Source: Lingula anatina
Lineage: Eukaryota; Animalia; Brachiopoda
Direction of reading: 5' to 3'
Length of the DNA stretch: 64,000 nucleotides
Assembly (NCBI GenBank): GCA_051362555.1
Contig: CM120643.1
Location: forward strand, 19,782,848-19,846,847
Shown: positions 1 to 13,120 of the stretch, piece after piece
Position numbering within the stretch: position 1 is the stretch's first letter
Layout: every line of letters begins with the position of its first letter
Translations under genes and position numbers: made by a program
Notes under the pieces: generated by a model
Database searches by the model: none
Seen by the model: the letters and a program-made list of their open reading frames with translations, nothing else
Told to the model about the DNA's origin: nothing

Positions 1-146
1 ATCGAGGGAATTACACCTGTGCCCTGCATCCTTCTCGACAGCGTCACTGACATGACATGTTATCAGAATGGGATACGCGCCAGTTTGAGCTGGTTTTTCA
101 GTGTGCAAAAGAAGCCATTCGTGTACACGTAAGACGTCATCAGTTA

Positions 147-369
147 AGCCCCCTTTACACTGGACGGCGTCCCTTCTGCGTCCAGCAGTTCGGCCCCATT
201 TGAGAGTTAAAGAATTATAATACTTTATGTGCCGACAACTGGCCGACCATTGAGCATTCATTCTGATACCAAATCAATGCTCGTGCCTCCTTATTAAGAC
301 CACAGCGATGTCAAATTTCATGGTCGCAGAAAGGACGCAGAAAGGACGCCGTCCAGTGTAAAGGGGGTA
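147..369. mobile_element. PIF/Harbinger (Tourist-like) MITE, family A, copy 1
   Basis: TIRs AGCCCCCTTTACACTGGACGGCGTCC / GGACGCCGTCCAGTGTAAAGGGGGTA; TTA flanks at 144-146 and 370-372; near-identical copy at 6699-6910; this copy has an extra 11-bp CGCAGAAAGGA duplication. Confidence 0.85.
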
Positions 370-582
370 TTAGTGAGGATGGAAGAAGATCGCTATCGAT
401 GTATAATTTTCACGCGGCATTTTAAAGTCGTCTGATAAAAATCGATCTCTGAACTTTCAGCGTTGCGAACGTTATATTGGGACGCGGTGAAGAAAAATCG
501 ACCTTGCTGAGCAATAAATGTGAAATTCTTAAGAAAACTGATATTATCATGGACTTCGTGACACAAACTAACCGACATACTA

Positions 583-775
583 GGGGAGACCGGGGCTAGC
601 TGGACCCCGGGGTAAGTTGGCCCCCCGTCTATTTATGAAAAAGTAACTACGAGGTAAAAAAATTGGCCACATACTCTTGTAAAGTGACCGTAGCCTACAA
701 TGCTAAGGAAGTGTCGGGCGTTAAAAAGTTTTACTTAAGCGGTGAGTCGAAATAAACGATTTTTGCACCTAAAAG
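583..775. mobile_element. Truncated terminal arm of a TA-targeting (pogo/Fot1-like Tc1-mariner) non-autonomous element
   Basis: Starts TA|GGGGAGACCGGGGCTAG; its reverse complement recurs at ~62250-62443; interrupted at a TA (776-777) by a related element. Confidence 0.7.
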
Positions 776-777
776 TA

Positions 778-2378
778 GGGGAGACCGGGGCTAGTTGGCC
801 CAGTTAGACACTTTTGGCCTTGTAGAGCCAACTAGGAATGGGTTAGAGTCACAAAACCGGTTTCAAAGTAAGCCCCATGAACTAAGCTACGTATGCAACG
901 CCATTATTTTTCAAATATAATGCCAGACGACTCACAATTTGACAAAAACGCAGTTGACGTCAAGGGGGCCAACTTGCCCCGCCACGGGGCAAGTTGGCCC
1001 CAGGGTCGGGGCAAGTTGGCCCCCTATACGAAAATGAAGTATATATCCCATGTAAACGCCTTGAAATACATTTTTATACATTTTTAATTTATTAAATTGA
1101 ATTTTGAGACTCTTTGATGAATAAATAGTTCGAATGAGGCAGATTTTATGAGGTTTCCGTACGTCACGTTGTGGGGGGGGGGGGGGGGGGGGGGGGGTAT
1201 GTGTTGCAAGAACCAAAAAAATCTATCAATAAAATTTGTTTTGTTTTAGTTTAGAATAAATTAATAATGTTATAAAGCAGGTTTTTAATGAATGAAAACG
1301 AATAATCAATTTACATTTTAAAAGAAAGTAACAAATTCAGTTTTAAACCATTGAGTTTGTTTCAACAATGGTCTCTATCTAGGGAGGGGTGGAGAATCCC
1401 CTTGGGGCCACATATAACACTATAAATACAATAAAATCACCTTACAATGAATTAATGCAAAATAAATGTTTTTCTAAGAAAGTCCAATGGATTTGCTTTC
1501 TAATATATACAATCAACAGAACATTTCTAATATAAATTTTCGAAAAGACACCAGAGAGCAAATTTTTAAAAAATCAATCAGACGGTAAACACCGGCAAGC
1601 TTTGTCAATTTCACCAACTTGTTTATTTCAAACAGCGTTGCGCACAAAGGATTGTGGGTAATACGAGGGTCCAACTTGCCCCGAGTCAAGGGGGCCAACT
1701 AGCCCCGGGTGCACATTATTTATTTTAAAGGATGGTAGCCATTTATGGTGATAGAATGAACAACGATGATACATCTCTGTGAAACTTGAAACAATGAGCT
1801 TCAGTTTGATGCGATATACATATCTTATATTCGATCAAAAGCCTATGAAAATAGATTTTTAAATCTCTTAAACAAAATTTGTTACTTTCTTTTTAAAAGA
1901 AAATTTATTATTCTTTTTTTTCTTAATTTTTAATTTTTTCTTAATTAAAACAAAACAAATTTTTTTTATAGATATTTTGGTTCTTACAACACATGCCCCC
2001 CCCCCCCCCTACAACGTGACGTACGGAAACCTCAATAAATCTGCCTCATTTGGACTATTTATTCATCAAAGACTCTCAAAAATCAATTTAATAAATTAAA
2101 AATGTATAAAAATGTATTTCAAGGCGTTTACATGGGATATATACTTCATTTTCGTATAGGGGGGCCATCTTGCCCCGACCCTGGGGCCAACTTGACGTCA
2201 ACTGCGTTTTTTGTCAAATTGTGAGCCATCTGGCATTATATTTGAAAAATAATGACGTTGCATACGTAGCTTAGTTCATGGGGCTTACTTTGAAAAAGGT
2301 TTTGTTACTCTAACCCATTCCTAGTTGGCTCTACAAGGCAAAAAGTGTCTGACTGGGCCAACTAGCCCCGGTCTCCCC
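778..2378. mobile_element. Foldback-type non-autonomous DNA transposon with ~430-bp inverted arms (pogo/Fot1-like termini)
   Basis: TA|GGGGAGACCGGGGCTAGTTGGCCCAG ... CTGGGCCAACTAGCCCCGGTCTCCCC|TA; 778-~1250 is the reverse complement of ~1960-2378, including a G-run/C-run pair; reiterated GGGGCAAGTTGGCC subterminal motifs; no transposase ORF. Superfamily call is inferred from the termini and TA flanks. Confidence 0.85.
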
Positions 2379-2894
2379 TACTTTGGACGATTGAACAGTT
2401 TTAATACGGATTAGATGAAATTTTCATCGGGGTGGGACACTGCATGTATCGTAAGTTAAGCTAATTTTTCATTTTTCAGTGACTTCAAATAAATTTTTAT
2501 TTAAATAAAAATTTGCACATTCTGTTTATTATATCTTCTTGCAGTAGATGTATTTCCTGCTTCAATAATCCATTCAAACCCTAAACAAACTGTTCTTAAA
2601 TAGAGGTAGGGTCAAAATTCCACAAAAAAGGACGCCATTTTGAGGGTAATTTCGATATATTTTCTGCTTTTTCTCTTTTTTGCTTTTATAACAACATCCT
2701 CCTTGCTCATGCAGCTTCTTTGATTTGTTATTGAAACATACACAACGATGTCATGAGAATTTGGTTGGCTATCTAAATTTTAATAACATTCTTGTTATGG
2801 CCCCCCTGCAGTGCACCACTAGCAAAGAATGACTGTAGAATCAAGCCTCTCTACCCTTCACGGTGTGGTCACGGTATCGTCACTCACCCCGTTG

Positions 2895-2926
<32 letters not shown>

Positions 2927-5483
2927 TCGTGCATCCCTTGATCCGATGGCAAATTGCCGCAGCTCAACGAACTGCATACCCCGCCCCGTCAGCCATCTTT
3001 AGCCTCGACCCACTTTAACTTTACCCGACTTGCACACCGGAAAAAAAAAACAGGGTTTAGCCGAAGGGGGGTTGAGGTCTGCAGGTTCCTTTACCAGATC
3101 AAAATAGCAGACCCTGCAACGAGGAATACGGAATAGACACCTGGTATAACTACGAAATCCCCTATATTGCGCAATGTGAAATAAATAAATGACTAAAAAA
3201 TATCTCAGAAATAATTAATTGAAATGATAGAATTTTCTCAAGAGGAATGGGAAAACTTTTTTACAAACACTACAGATTTTATAGTTTTCGGTGCAATCTC
3301 ATTTCATTGCAATTATAATTAAATGAATCTGTATATCAGCATTTTTTTCTTATATTAAAGTAAAATTGATTAGACTAGAGTTATGTCACAGACTTTAAAT
3401 ACACCATTCTTTTGCTAAGTGTTCCCTATACCTTTAACATTCTCATGATAATTTCATTATCGGTTTCATTTGTTTTCTTTCATACGGTGCGTGGATACAT
3501 CTGAAGCCGGTGCACTTACTAAAAAGAACTTTAGTCCAAAACTTGGCCTAAATTTTAATACTAATGTTTGAGTTTACTTTAACCCAGATAAACAGCAATA
3601 ATTCAAAATTTTATTTAATTGGAGTAGGCCCTATCATTGATTTATCTTGGTCGGAAGTACATTTTATTTTGTTTCTAATAGCTTAGACCAATTTTGGGGC
3701 TTGCTTTTTTGTGAAACAACCCCTGCTTTTTGATATACATATTGCACATATATGATATACATATTTTGTGACTCATATATACAGTATATATAGGCCTATA
3801 TACGTAAAGTTAGTAAATGTAGGCTACTGTAATTAGTCGTAATTTTCCCTAATCATACTGTTATCAATGGCGGATACAGCATAGGTATTTTTTCTCTCTT
3901 CTCTTTTTGGGATTTAAACGTTGAGTTAATGACTAATAATAAAATAAAAATAAGTGGGTGTTCAGCATTACACTCTCTCACACAATAAGGTGCTAAGAGA
4001 TATGATCGAGTCATTACATCCGAGGTAAGCAGCGTAATTGCCTAAAAGTTTGGGGTTTTTAGTGGCCGTAAATTAGACCAGTATTTCACAATCCGGTTAC
4101 CTGAAAAGGTATTATTTAATGGAAAAGCATTTTAGACGAAATACAACAATATTTTCACATAATAACAACGACAAAAATATGAAAATTTGTTACACATAGC
4201 ATCTATCAAAATAGTGGTATATCATCTCCATTACCTACCATTGTTTTGACTATAGGCCTAAGTTCTACACATGTCATTCATGGTCGTCAGTAACATTATA
4301 TCTGTCGTCAAAAAAGCTTGATTCAGCCCCCACCAAAAATACAGAAAAGGACAACTGAATGACAGCAAAGTCCTCCAAACTGTTTCTTCTTGAAAACAAC
4401 ACAAATTTTGGGAATTTGTAAATTGTTCTTAGCTGTATAAATAATTACACTCATTAGTCTCTTATAGGCTGATCTGAAACAATTGTCAATTTCATGCACA
4501 GTGCACTGGAAAAAAGCACCTACATGTAACCTTTTTGACTTTTTCTGTACAATATTGTCCCAATCGTCTAACATAAGATTCTAATCTAAATTATGATCAG
4601 TACGCTGGAAAAATTTACAATCTTTACAGCATTGTGTCTATAGTGCCATTAGACAAACGGTTTGATTTCATTTCGTCATTTGCATGCACAGATACAGACG
4701 TAGGCAGGCTGCCATTTGTGTCATCTGATGTGCATGGAAGATGTTTTTTATTGATGCACTTCTTTTGAGTACGATAGGAGGCGCTGGCCTGTTCGCTGAG
4801 TTGAAGATAGAGGACAGCACTGGACATTGAGCTAGATGGCGAGCTTTGGATGGTGGCGTCCTCTGGCCCCGCTTCGGAAACATCTAACGTGTCATAGGTC
4901 TCCCACAATTTGAACATTTCACTGTTATTGTCGTTGCTTAAACGCTTGCTATTCCGTATTTCTTCGTGAGGAGATCTCTTTACTTCGTCGTTTTTACTGG
5001 TGTTGACAGAGCCAAACACAGACTTTTCTGGGCGCTTCTTAACGAATACCCTGGTGATGTTTTGCAGTTTTTCTAAGCTAGAAATAACACACAGGTATGA
5101 AACTGCAGCGAATACAAGAATCCCCAGCTGAATCAGGAAGAAATTCTCTAAATGGCTCTTGGTGCCAAGCTCGCAGACTTTGGTGGCATCTTTGCCCGGC
5201 AACCAGGCTGAAAGCAGTCAACGTAAATTATGCGTCATGAAGAGTTGGCAATTATATGTTATTTTCTTTCTTTGCACGTTCGTTTCCTTAATTACTCAAA
5301 ATAAATGTCTAAAATCAACCATAACATTTTTTGCGAGGTATTGTGCTTAAGTACAGTATCTATACCGATTGGTTATTGTAGGACATTTTTTTTTTCTATC
5401 TCGCTCGATAAAAGATAATGGTATCCTTTTTAATTACAGGTGCTAAATGTGACAATAAATGTAATAGTTTGAAACCGATTTAA

Positions 5484-5486
<3 letters not shown>

Positions 5487-5548
<62 letters not shown>
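5487..5548. repeat. (TA)n microsatellite
   Basis: Direct reading; absent from the paralogous intron in copy 2. Confidence 0.95.
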
Positions 5549-5550
<2 letters not shown>

Positions 5551-6211
5551 CATCACGGGTAGGGACTCCGTGAATAATGTCAGCGCAGCCAGAATTGTGC
5601 TTTGTTTTATCAAATATGATTCATTTACGCATTTAAAAAAGTAATGCAAACACTCTCGTTCAATTATGGTCAGTTCCTCAACAACCATTCGTATGATTGT
5701 TGACACTTTGTGTTATAATATGGAAACAGCTTCATTTGGTTAATTTACTTGAACAGTGCAGTCGGTCAGCATGCGGAATTGCTTGCTCGCAACTACACAG
5801 CGTACGTACATCTTTGCTTATCTTGTATAATTTTTCTTATTCCAGTAGCAATGAAACTGGACAATCCTATGGTCATATCTAAAAGTCCTACCGACACACA
5901 ACGGAGACCCGTCGGGCCTTGGAGGTAGCAGTATTCATATGCTAAAATATAATTAGAAAAAAACATGAGTGCCAATCAAACGAGGATGCTTAGCTTGGCT
6001 GTAAACAATACGGTTACTTTCAGTTTCACTATTCATTAATAAAACATTTTTGAACAAACACATTTTTACAATCGATATTTAGCATCATCTGTTTTGTAGA
6101 AAGGTATTTGTGACATAAATCCTATGAAATAAATAATTCATTTACAGTATTAAAGCACCAAGAGAAAATACCCAAGTGCACAGCAACGTATCTAAATGTC
6201 TTCACTGTTAA

Positions 6212-7066
6212 AGCAATAATAACTCTTCCTTTGAGATTCAAAAATCCGCAAGAAATACATTGTAAACAACGCATGGAAATATATTCTATTGCATTTTACC
6301 ACTAAAACGGCCGTTATTGTAGTAAAACTAAAATCTGTGCTTGTCAGTAGGGCTTTCGATGCCTTTCTTCCCGGTCGTCAAGGCATTCGTTGCCAATGAC
6401 GTTTGGGTGTCACGCGGATTCTCGCGTTCATTCGAGACCAAAATAACATATGGCGCCAAACGCTAGTGCAGTCCGCAGACGTAAGTTACGAGTTTTTGTA
6501 CAGTGCGTCGGATAACGAACAGCACAGAATGGCACACATTGTGGATATAAATGCATTTTAACAAAAAGACGAATACATTTCATGAATCTTATATTATTGT
6601 TATATAGTGTTGTTGTTGTCTGCTTTTCCCGCGGTTTTAAGTAGGTCACCAGTGACTATGTAATGTCAGAGCGGGCTCCGTCAGTTAAAATCTCTTAAAG
6701 CCCCCTTTACACTGGACGGCGTCCCTTCTGCGTCCAGCAGTTCGGCCCCATTTGAGAGTTAAAGAATTATAATACTTTACGTGCCGACAACTGGCCGATC
6801 ATTGAGCATTCATTCTGATACCAAATCAATGCTCGTGCCTCCTTATTAAGACCACAGCGATGTCAAATTTCATGGTCGCAGAAAGGACGCCGTCCAGTGT
6901 AAAGGGGGTATAAGAGATTTTAACAAAAAACCGTACGTTAAGGAAAAAAGCCCTGGATTAACTTTGAATGCAGGGATGGGGTCGTTGACCATTGGTAAGT
7001 ACGGGAAAATTGCCGTTTTTACCAGGAAAATCCAATTTTTGGCCAAAACGAAGAGTTATTATGACT
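6212..7066. mobile_element. Kolobok-like non-autonomous DNA transposon containing nested insertions
   Basis: TTAA flanks (6208-6211, 7067-7070); TIRs AGCAATAATAACTCTT / AAGAGTTATTATGACT; absent at the paralogous site (~17930); related element at 22678-22984. Confidence 0.75.
6699..6910. mobile_element. PIF/Harbinger MITE, family A, copy 2
   Basis: Near-identical to 147-369; TAA flanks at 6696-6698 and 6911-6913. Confidence 0.88.
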
Positions 7067-7907
7067 TTAAATTTCACAGTAGGTGATTGGAATCAGCATG
7101 CAAAGTGCACCGAGAATCTAGATTTTGCACACAAACAGATAGAGAGATCACCGGATTACAGTGCACAGCCAATCTCAATTTCGTATTGGATTTCAAATAA
7201 CATGTGATTAATATGCCACATATAAGCGCAATTTATCATATGATCTCCACAACTTGACGGATGCAGACTTTTTATTTCGGATTCTCATTTTACATCTTTG
7301 GAAGATGAAACTACCTGCAACGACAGCGAGTACCTCTGCCACCGAAAGGAATGCAAGCGCAGGCGTTAAATAAAACCACGACAGAGTCGGTTCCCCACCA
7401 TTCAGTTCACAAATTTCTTTTCTTCGTCCCTCTAGAACTATTGAATAAATTGCAGCTAAACCTCCTATGGCCATACCAGTTACTGAAATGACATGATTTT
7501 CCAGATGCACGCATAATATATCAAGAATTTAAAATGTACTGTTTGTCTATATTATAAATCTCCGAAGCACGAGGTTTTTCTTTTATGTTACTCATTTTTT
7601 TGTATGAACAGGATATCATAGATACGTTCATATATTCATATATAGTTCTATAAGACATAATTGGTGCTAACTGAAGCTGAAGTCACAAAATGAATCATGC
7701 TTCACAATTATCCCATGACACACCCCGAAACACATAAGTCTGTGTTTGCGAGATTGTCACCTACACATACACATAATAAACATGCATTTCTTTTTACTAT
7801 AAAAACCATGTGTATTTGGGGTGTTAAATGTTGCTCATTTACTATAAAAACGATACCCACTGATTTTGTACTGTCGAACGTTACTCAATTATCGTAAAAA
7901 AATTATG

Positions 7908-9285
7908 CAGAGGGTGACATAAGTATTGCAACACCTGTGTAAATAGTGCTGTATGTGACATGGGGGGACCCGTTAGTTCAGCGGGTTTTTGGTTTATTGC
8001 TCGCTTTACCAGTGATGAGTTTTCATCCATGTATACTATAAAAGGTGCCTCCGAAGGTAAAAGGTCCTTCTAGCTGTCACGTTGCCACATGGTGAAGGTA
8101 CGGGAGCTCACAAATGAAGAAAGAAATGAAATTGTTTCTCTGAGGGAGGAGGGTATCAATGTTACCCAGATAGCTGCCAGATATGGTGTATCTCATCTGC
8201 CTGTGTATAGGGTTTGCAGAAGAATGGGGGACACTGGTGATGCCCATAAGTTACACCGAAGTGGCTGCCCAAGGAGGCCTAATGCCAGAGACGACAGGTG
8301 CCTTTTTGTGCTGTCGGGACTTGGGAAGTTTGAGCCGTACAAGGAATTAGTGTTGCAGTGATTGCGCAGTTTGCAGGTTGAGGTTAGCAAAAGGACTGTA
8401 AAAAGAAGGCTCCATGCTTCCGGTATTTACAGCAGGGTTGCCAGGAGGAAGCAACTCATCCCCTTGGTAAACAGACGCAGAAGAGTGACATGGGCTGCAA
8501 GAACCATTGCCTGGACAGTGGGTCAGAATTGGCGCCATTTTGTTTTTTCTGACGAGTCCATACTTAACAACGTTGCTGGACAAGTGAGTTATGGAGAACA
8601 TCATCCACTTGTCATCTGCCAGTGAATATGCATTTTCTCACTAGACAGTCCACTTCAATTATGGTTTGGGGGTGCATTGGTTTCTTATATTGGTCAGCTG
8701 TTGTTGATAAATGGAAACTTGAATCACTAGCGATACACTGAAATTCTCCACCTGCACCTTTTGGCATCGGTAGAAAACATCTTTGGGGACAGAACCATCC
8801 CCTTATATTTCAAGATGATAACGCTACACCACACAGGGCCAGGGCAATGCAAGAGTGGCATTACCAGCATGATATCAACAGGGTGGACTGGCCTGCCCAA
8901 TCACAAGACGCAAACCCCATTGAATACCTGTGGCAAGATATTGGAAATCAATCGGCAAAGGATCGCCCGTTTACCTGAAACGCTCTTATCCAAAGTGACT
9001 TCAGAGCCTGGGCCAACATATAGCCCCCAGAAGATATATGAACCTTTATCAGTCTATACCTAGAAGGATGGTGGCCGTATTGAGACCACGTAGCTATCCT
9101 ACAAAATATCAATTCTGACATAACAGCATGTGTTATGCAAGGGCAATGCACTGTTCTGTAAACCTAAAATAGAGATACTCACTTGACACAATCAGTTTTT
9201 AATAAGATAACAATTGAAAAAACTACCAAATCTAGCCGTTGTTCCCTTAAAGAAATATGGTGCAATATTTTTTGTCACCCCCCTG
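7908..9285 (+). mobile_element. Tc1-family DNA transposon, full length but inactive
   Basis: Imperfect TIRs CAGAGGGTGACATAAGTATTGCA / TGCAATATTTTTTGTCACCCCCCTG followed by TA; lies in intron 7 of copy 1 and is absent from copy 2. Confidence 0.92.
8089..9110 (+). pseudogene. Degenerate Tc1 DD34E-type transposase
   Basis: Paired-like HTH (RELTNEERNEIVSLREEG...IAARYGVS...RSGCPRR), WRHFVFSDES, IMVWGCIG and FQDDNATPHRA...DWPAQSQDANPIEYLW, split by stops and frameshifts. Confidence 0.92.
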
Positions 9286-9628
9286 TATTTCTATTTAAAT
9301 GCAGTCAAATGTAACTCAATCTAATATCATAGATTATTAAAATAAAATTGATAGTACCGGTAGTATATGTACACTACATTCAGTGCACTTACATATCCTC
9401 GCGTCACACGTAACTTTACTTCCCCTCTTTCTCAGGTAAGGGTATAAGATTAGGTCCATGATTGGTATCAAGAGGCAGACCCCGGCCAGATTGAATGCTT
9501 CCAGTTTACTGGCATCATCCGGCACATGGAGAAGAGTGAAGTTGTACATCATCATGCCTTCTGACTGCGAGACTAGTGCCGACTCGGTTAACTGAAAACA
9601 ATTTTCTTTTGGTAAGATTTTCATTTTA

Positions 9629-9917
9629 GAGGGCATTCAGAGCAAGTTGATCTGCGGACTAACAGATCCGCGGATCAAATATGTCCGACCCACATTTAAG
9701 CAGAGCCGACTAATCTGCTGATAATCTCCCCGACTCCACACGCACCGTCGCAGCAGGGGCCTAGCAATTAAACCCCGGAGCCGTGATTTAAACCGTTTGA
9801 TGGTGCGTGTGGAGGCGGGGAGACGATCAGCGGATTAGACAGCTCTGCTTTTAGACAGCTCTGCCATAGTTGATCCGCAGATCTGACAGTCCGCAGATCA
9901 ATTTGTTTTGGGTGTTC
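9629..9917. mobile_element. Harbinger-like hairpin MITE, family B
   Basis: TTA flanks; inverted ends GAGGGCATTCAGAGCAAGTTGATCTGCGGACT / AGTCCGCAGATCAATTTGTTTTGGGTGTTC; relatives at ~19350 (remnant), 34171-34337 and 52920-53078. Confidence 0.75.
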
Positions 9918-11350
9918 TTAAAATTCAAAAGGACTCAGTGATTATTTTGCTGATGGAACAATTCGACACTGTCAGATTTCGTATTTCGACTTACAACTTA
10001 TTGGGTGATTTGAGATCAACTTTTTGCAAACAGCTAGAGACAACATTAAGAACTTTCATGATTTTGCAACAAAAATATTGCTTATTGGCCATTATTCTTA
10101 TTCATTATGGCTGTCATGTCTTGTGAAAAAAAAAACAGAAAAAAATGGAAATCTGTTTGCAATCGAATGATGAATTTCAAACATCAATTTGCAGGTTTTA
10201 AAATACAGTCCAAGTCCACCCTTTGTTTTACCCCATAGTAGTAAACGCCAAAACTAAGGAAAGCTGAGCTGATCAGTAATACACGGAGAATTCCCCGAGC
10301 TGTCAGCCGGTCGTACGTCCGTAGCAATGCGGAATCAACTTTTGGGTCGTCGTTGTTGTAAGGCACAGAAGTAGAATACCGTGATCCTGCAGGACTCGTC
10401 AGTATTGACCGGACAGATCTGCAACACCCCGGTGTAGAAGACAAGGCCGTCTTTACAGCATGGAGGATTTTCTTTCCTGAAATTATATGTCAATTTATAT
10501 TTAAAGGGTCGAAAAATCTGTAATGTGAAGTTGACTTAAGACTTTCTGTGTAAACGGTCATATGTTTGAGATACATACTTAGGTATGCTCTACATCACCG
10601 ATGCAATATACGCTAGCTTTATTCGCTATCGGTTTTGGGGTGATTATAGGAGTACTTTTTCCCTCTATGTATGTAAAAAACCCTAAAACCGAATAAAGCG
10701 TATATCACCACGATCACCTCTAGATACGAATTAGCATGTGCATGTATCACACAAGCTATCAAAACTTATGCTCATGTAGCGTATAACGTTACCATAATGT
10801 TTTTAGTTATATATACGTTATGGTGACGTTATTAGAACGTTCTGTGTTTGCTAGGGTACCTCGTATTGTTGTATCTTTGTAATGTCTATGTCCAGGCCAG
10901 TGCCGTCACGATGACTGCCGTCGTGAAGCATGCCACGAAGTAATTGTGAGTATTCGTTGAGAACTCGACCACTGCTACGGAGGTTGTAACGGGCACACCC
11001 AATAAGGCGCCAAAGGTGTCAAAAAAATAGTTCCTGCAAAGGGAGAGAAATCGATTCAGATCTCTACCACTAAATATTAATGCCATTCCAGTGGAGTTTG
11101 TGGCAAATTTATATTACGTGCCATTGTTTTTATTTTCCATTTTCACTACCCTTCCTAACTGAGACTAATTAAACGTTTCAGTTTCAAAGGAACATTAATA
11201 AGTTTGAATTAATTTGCATTCGACCTGCGTAAAAGCTAAAATGCCATTGGTATTTTTATAGTTTCTTACCTATTTAAAGAGTAATCTTTGTTACCAGTGC
11301 GTTAAACATACGGTCGAACAATTAACATCAATTTTTCCACAGAGAATAAG

Positions 11351-11595
11351 AGACCATTCCCAGAGACCGCTAACTTTGGATCGAACTATCTCCAAGGGGG
11401 TTCTCGCTTAATTGCAATAAACTTAAGCGGCTTAGATGACTGTCACGGCTTCTGAACCTGATAATAAACTATCCTTTGGCAGCTTTAGTAGGCGTCCCAT
11501 ATATCTAAGTCACTTAGGCTGAAAACAATTTAGCGAGAAACCCCGTGGAGATGGACCGATTCTGTTAGATCGATCTAGGGATGGAAACCCAGTCT
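11351..11595. mobile_element. Palindromic MITE, family C
   Basis: Internal inverted symmetry (ATCTCCAAGGGGGTTCTCGCT ... AGCGAGAAACCCCGTGGAGAT); relatives at 19116-19347, 57241-57443, ~58845-58912 (partial) and 63274-63478. Confidence 0.75.
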
Positions 11596-13088
11596 AAGGG
11601 GATCACGTACACATTTTCATGATCATTTTTTTAAAGGGCGTCTCTCACCAATGTATATAAGACTGCCTATGGCTCTCTTTGCGTAGCTGCTCTGCCCCAT
11701 ATACAACTAGGATGGCGTCGAGACCACTGTATGCTATGGCTTTACAACATAACCCGACCATGTACAGATCCGTACGCGGTTGCGCATGCGCTGTGTTCTG
11801 AAACGAACATGATAACTGATTTTTACCTAAATTTAATTTTGATTAGCAGGCGGAACCTAGACTATACAGCGATAGCAGGAAAATATGTCTTCATGATAAC
11901 GTGAAGAGGGAATTATTTAGTATACATTTATAAGATCATGATGCCTTTCCTTTTCGTCTAGTCAGAAGTGCAAGCGGTCTTTCGTGGACTTTTTGTTTAC
12001 CTTTTTATTTCACCACTTACGTAGCAAGGTATATGTCATCAATTTTAGGAAATGGCTGCTAATATGAAATTACTTACAGGCGTAGCAAAAAGTGAATTTA
12101 ACTAGAAAATTTCTTATTTTAATCCTTTTATTTAATTACATTTAAAAAATGTTTTTTAATCGATGTAAAAAAAGTCATCACAGTGGTATTAATGTGGAAA
12201 TGGAAAAAATTTCGTCGTTTCAAAGAATTGAATTAATTTTTGGAAGATGTGAAGAACTTGCCAATTTTGTTTTCTCATTATAATCCAACAGACAGTCCCT
12301 TAGGTGCTCATATTTACATGAGTAAGAGGCAATGTCAAATAATGTTTTTGTATTCAAATTTAAATTAACCCTACCTCTGAAAACGTCGAACCCAGAATGA
12401 ACAACATTCCTAAATGAAAAACAAACATAATAACACATATACAGTAATGAAATTCAATCAAAATGAACGCTGCCTTCTTTAAGCCTCAATCAAATCTTTG
12501 AAAACATTTAAAATTGTTTAAATACGCATTAAATATTACTGATATTTAAGGACTTGCTAATGAACTGGCAAATTATTTCTCTCTAGTGAAGAACGTTCCT
12601 ACAAAAAAAATTGACGTTAATTGTGCTGCTTTTATTCATACAAATTCAACGTGCAGTGCTTTTCATATATATTACCTACAAGTCACCATACAAATGACAA
12701 GGTTCCCGTGAAGAGTGCTGTTTCTGTTTATACAAATATAACAAGAAGTACTTATCATATTACCTACAAGTTGCAATGCAAATGAAAAAGTTCCTGTGAA
12801 GAAGATCCCTAGAACTGTGTCAGCAATCAGCCCCCCTATGAGACATAAGACAAACGTGCTAGCTGAAAATACAACAGCAGAGTTGATAAAAATAATACAA
12901 ATAAAAAATGGCGATTTTCTCTGAGAATTTCAGTGACGTTTAAGTTTAAATGACGTTAACTTCACAAGACATTGCCCGTCTCCCTTCCTGTCTTATCTTC
13001 ACATTTATTCAATGTCCATGTCAAAGTTTTAATATAAAAGTTTTAATATAATGAGCAATTATATATACAAGAGCATGTTAATGCAAAC

Positions 13089-13120
<32 letters not shown>

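Noticed and set aside
1-128. Open frame 1 (IEGITPVPCILLDSVTDMTCYQNG...) ending at a GTAAGA donor; frame 3 has an Ig-like GNYTC
   Set aside because: Truncated by the window edge, no recognisable family and no downstream partner exon found, so it cannot be supported.
375-2701. GAGGATG / CATCCTC as termini of a larger Sola-like element
   Set aside because: Only a 7-bp match and no target-site duplication.
2955-3190. GC-richer tract ending GCGCAATGTGAAATAAATAAA, possibly a SINE/LINE 3' tail
   Set aside because: Single copy in the window with no head, TSD or ORF; unclassifiable by eye.
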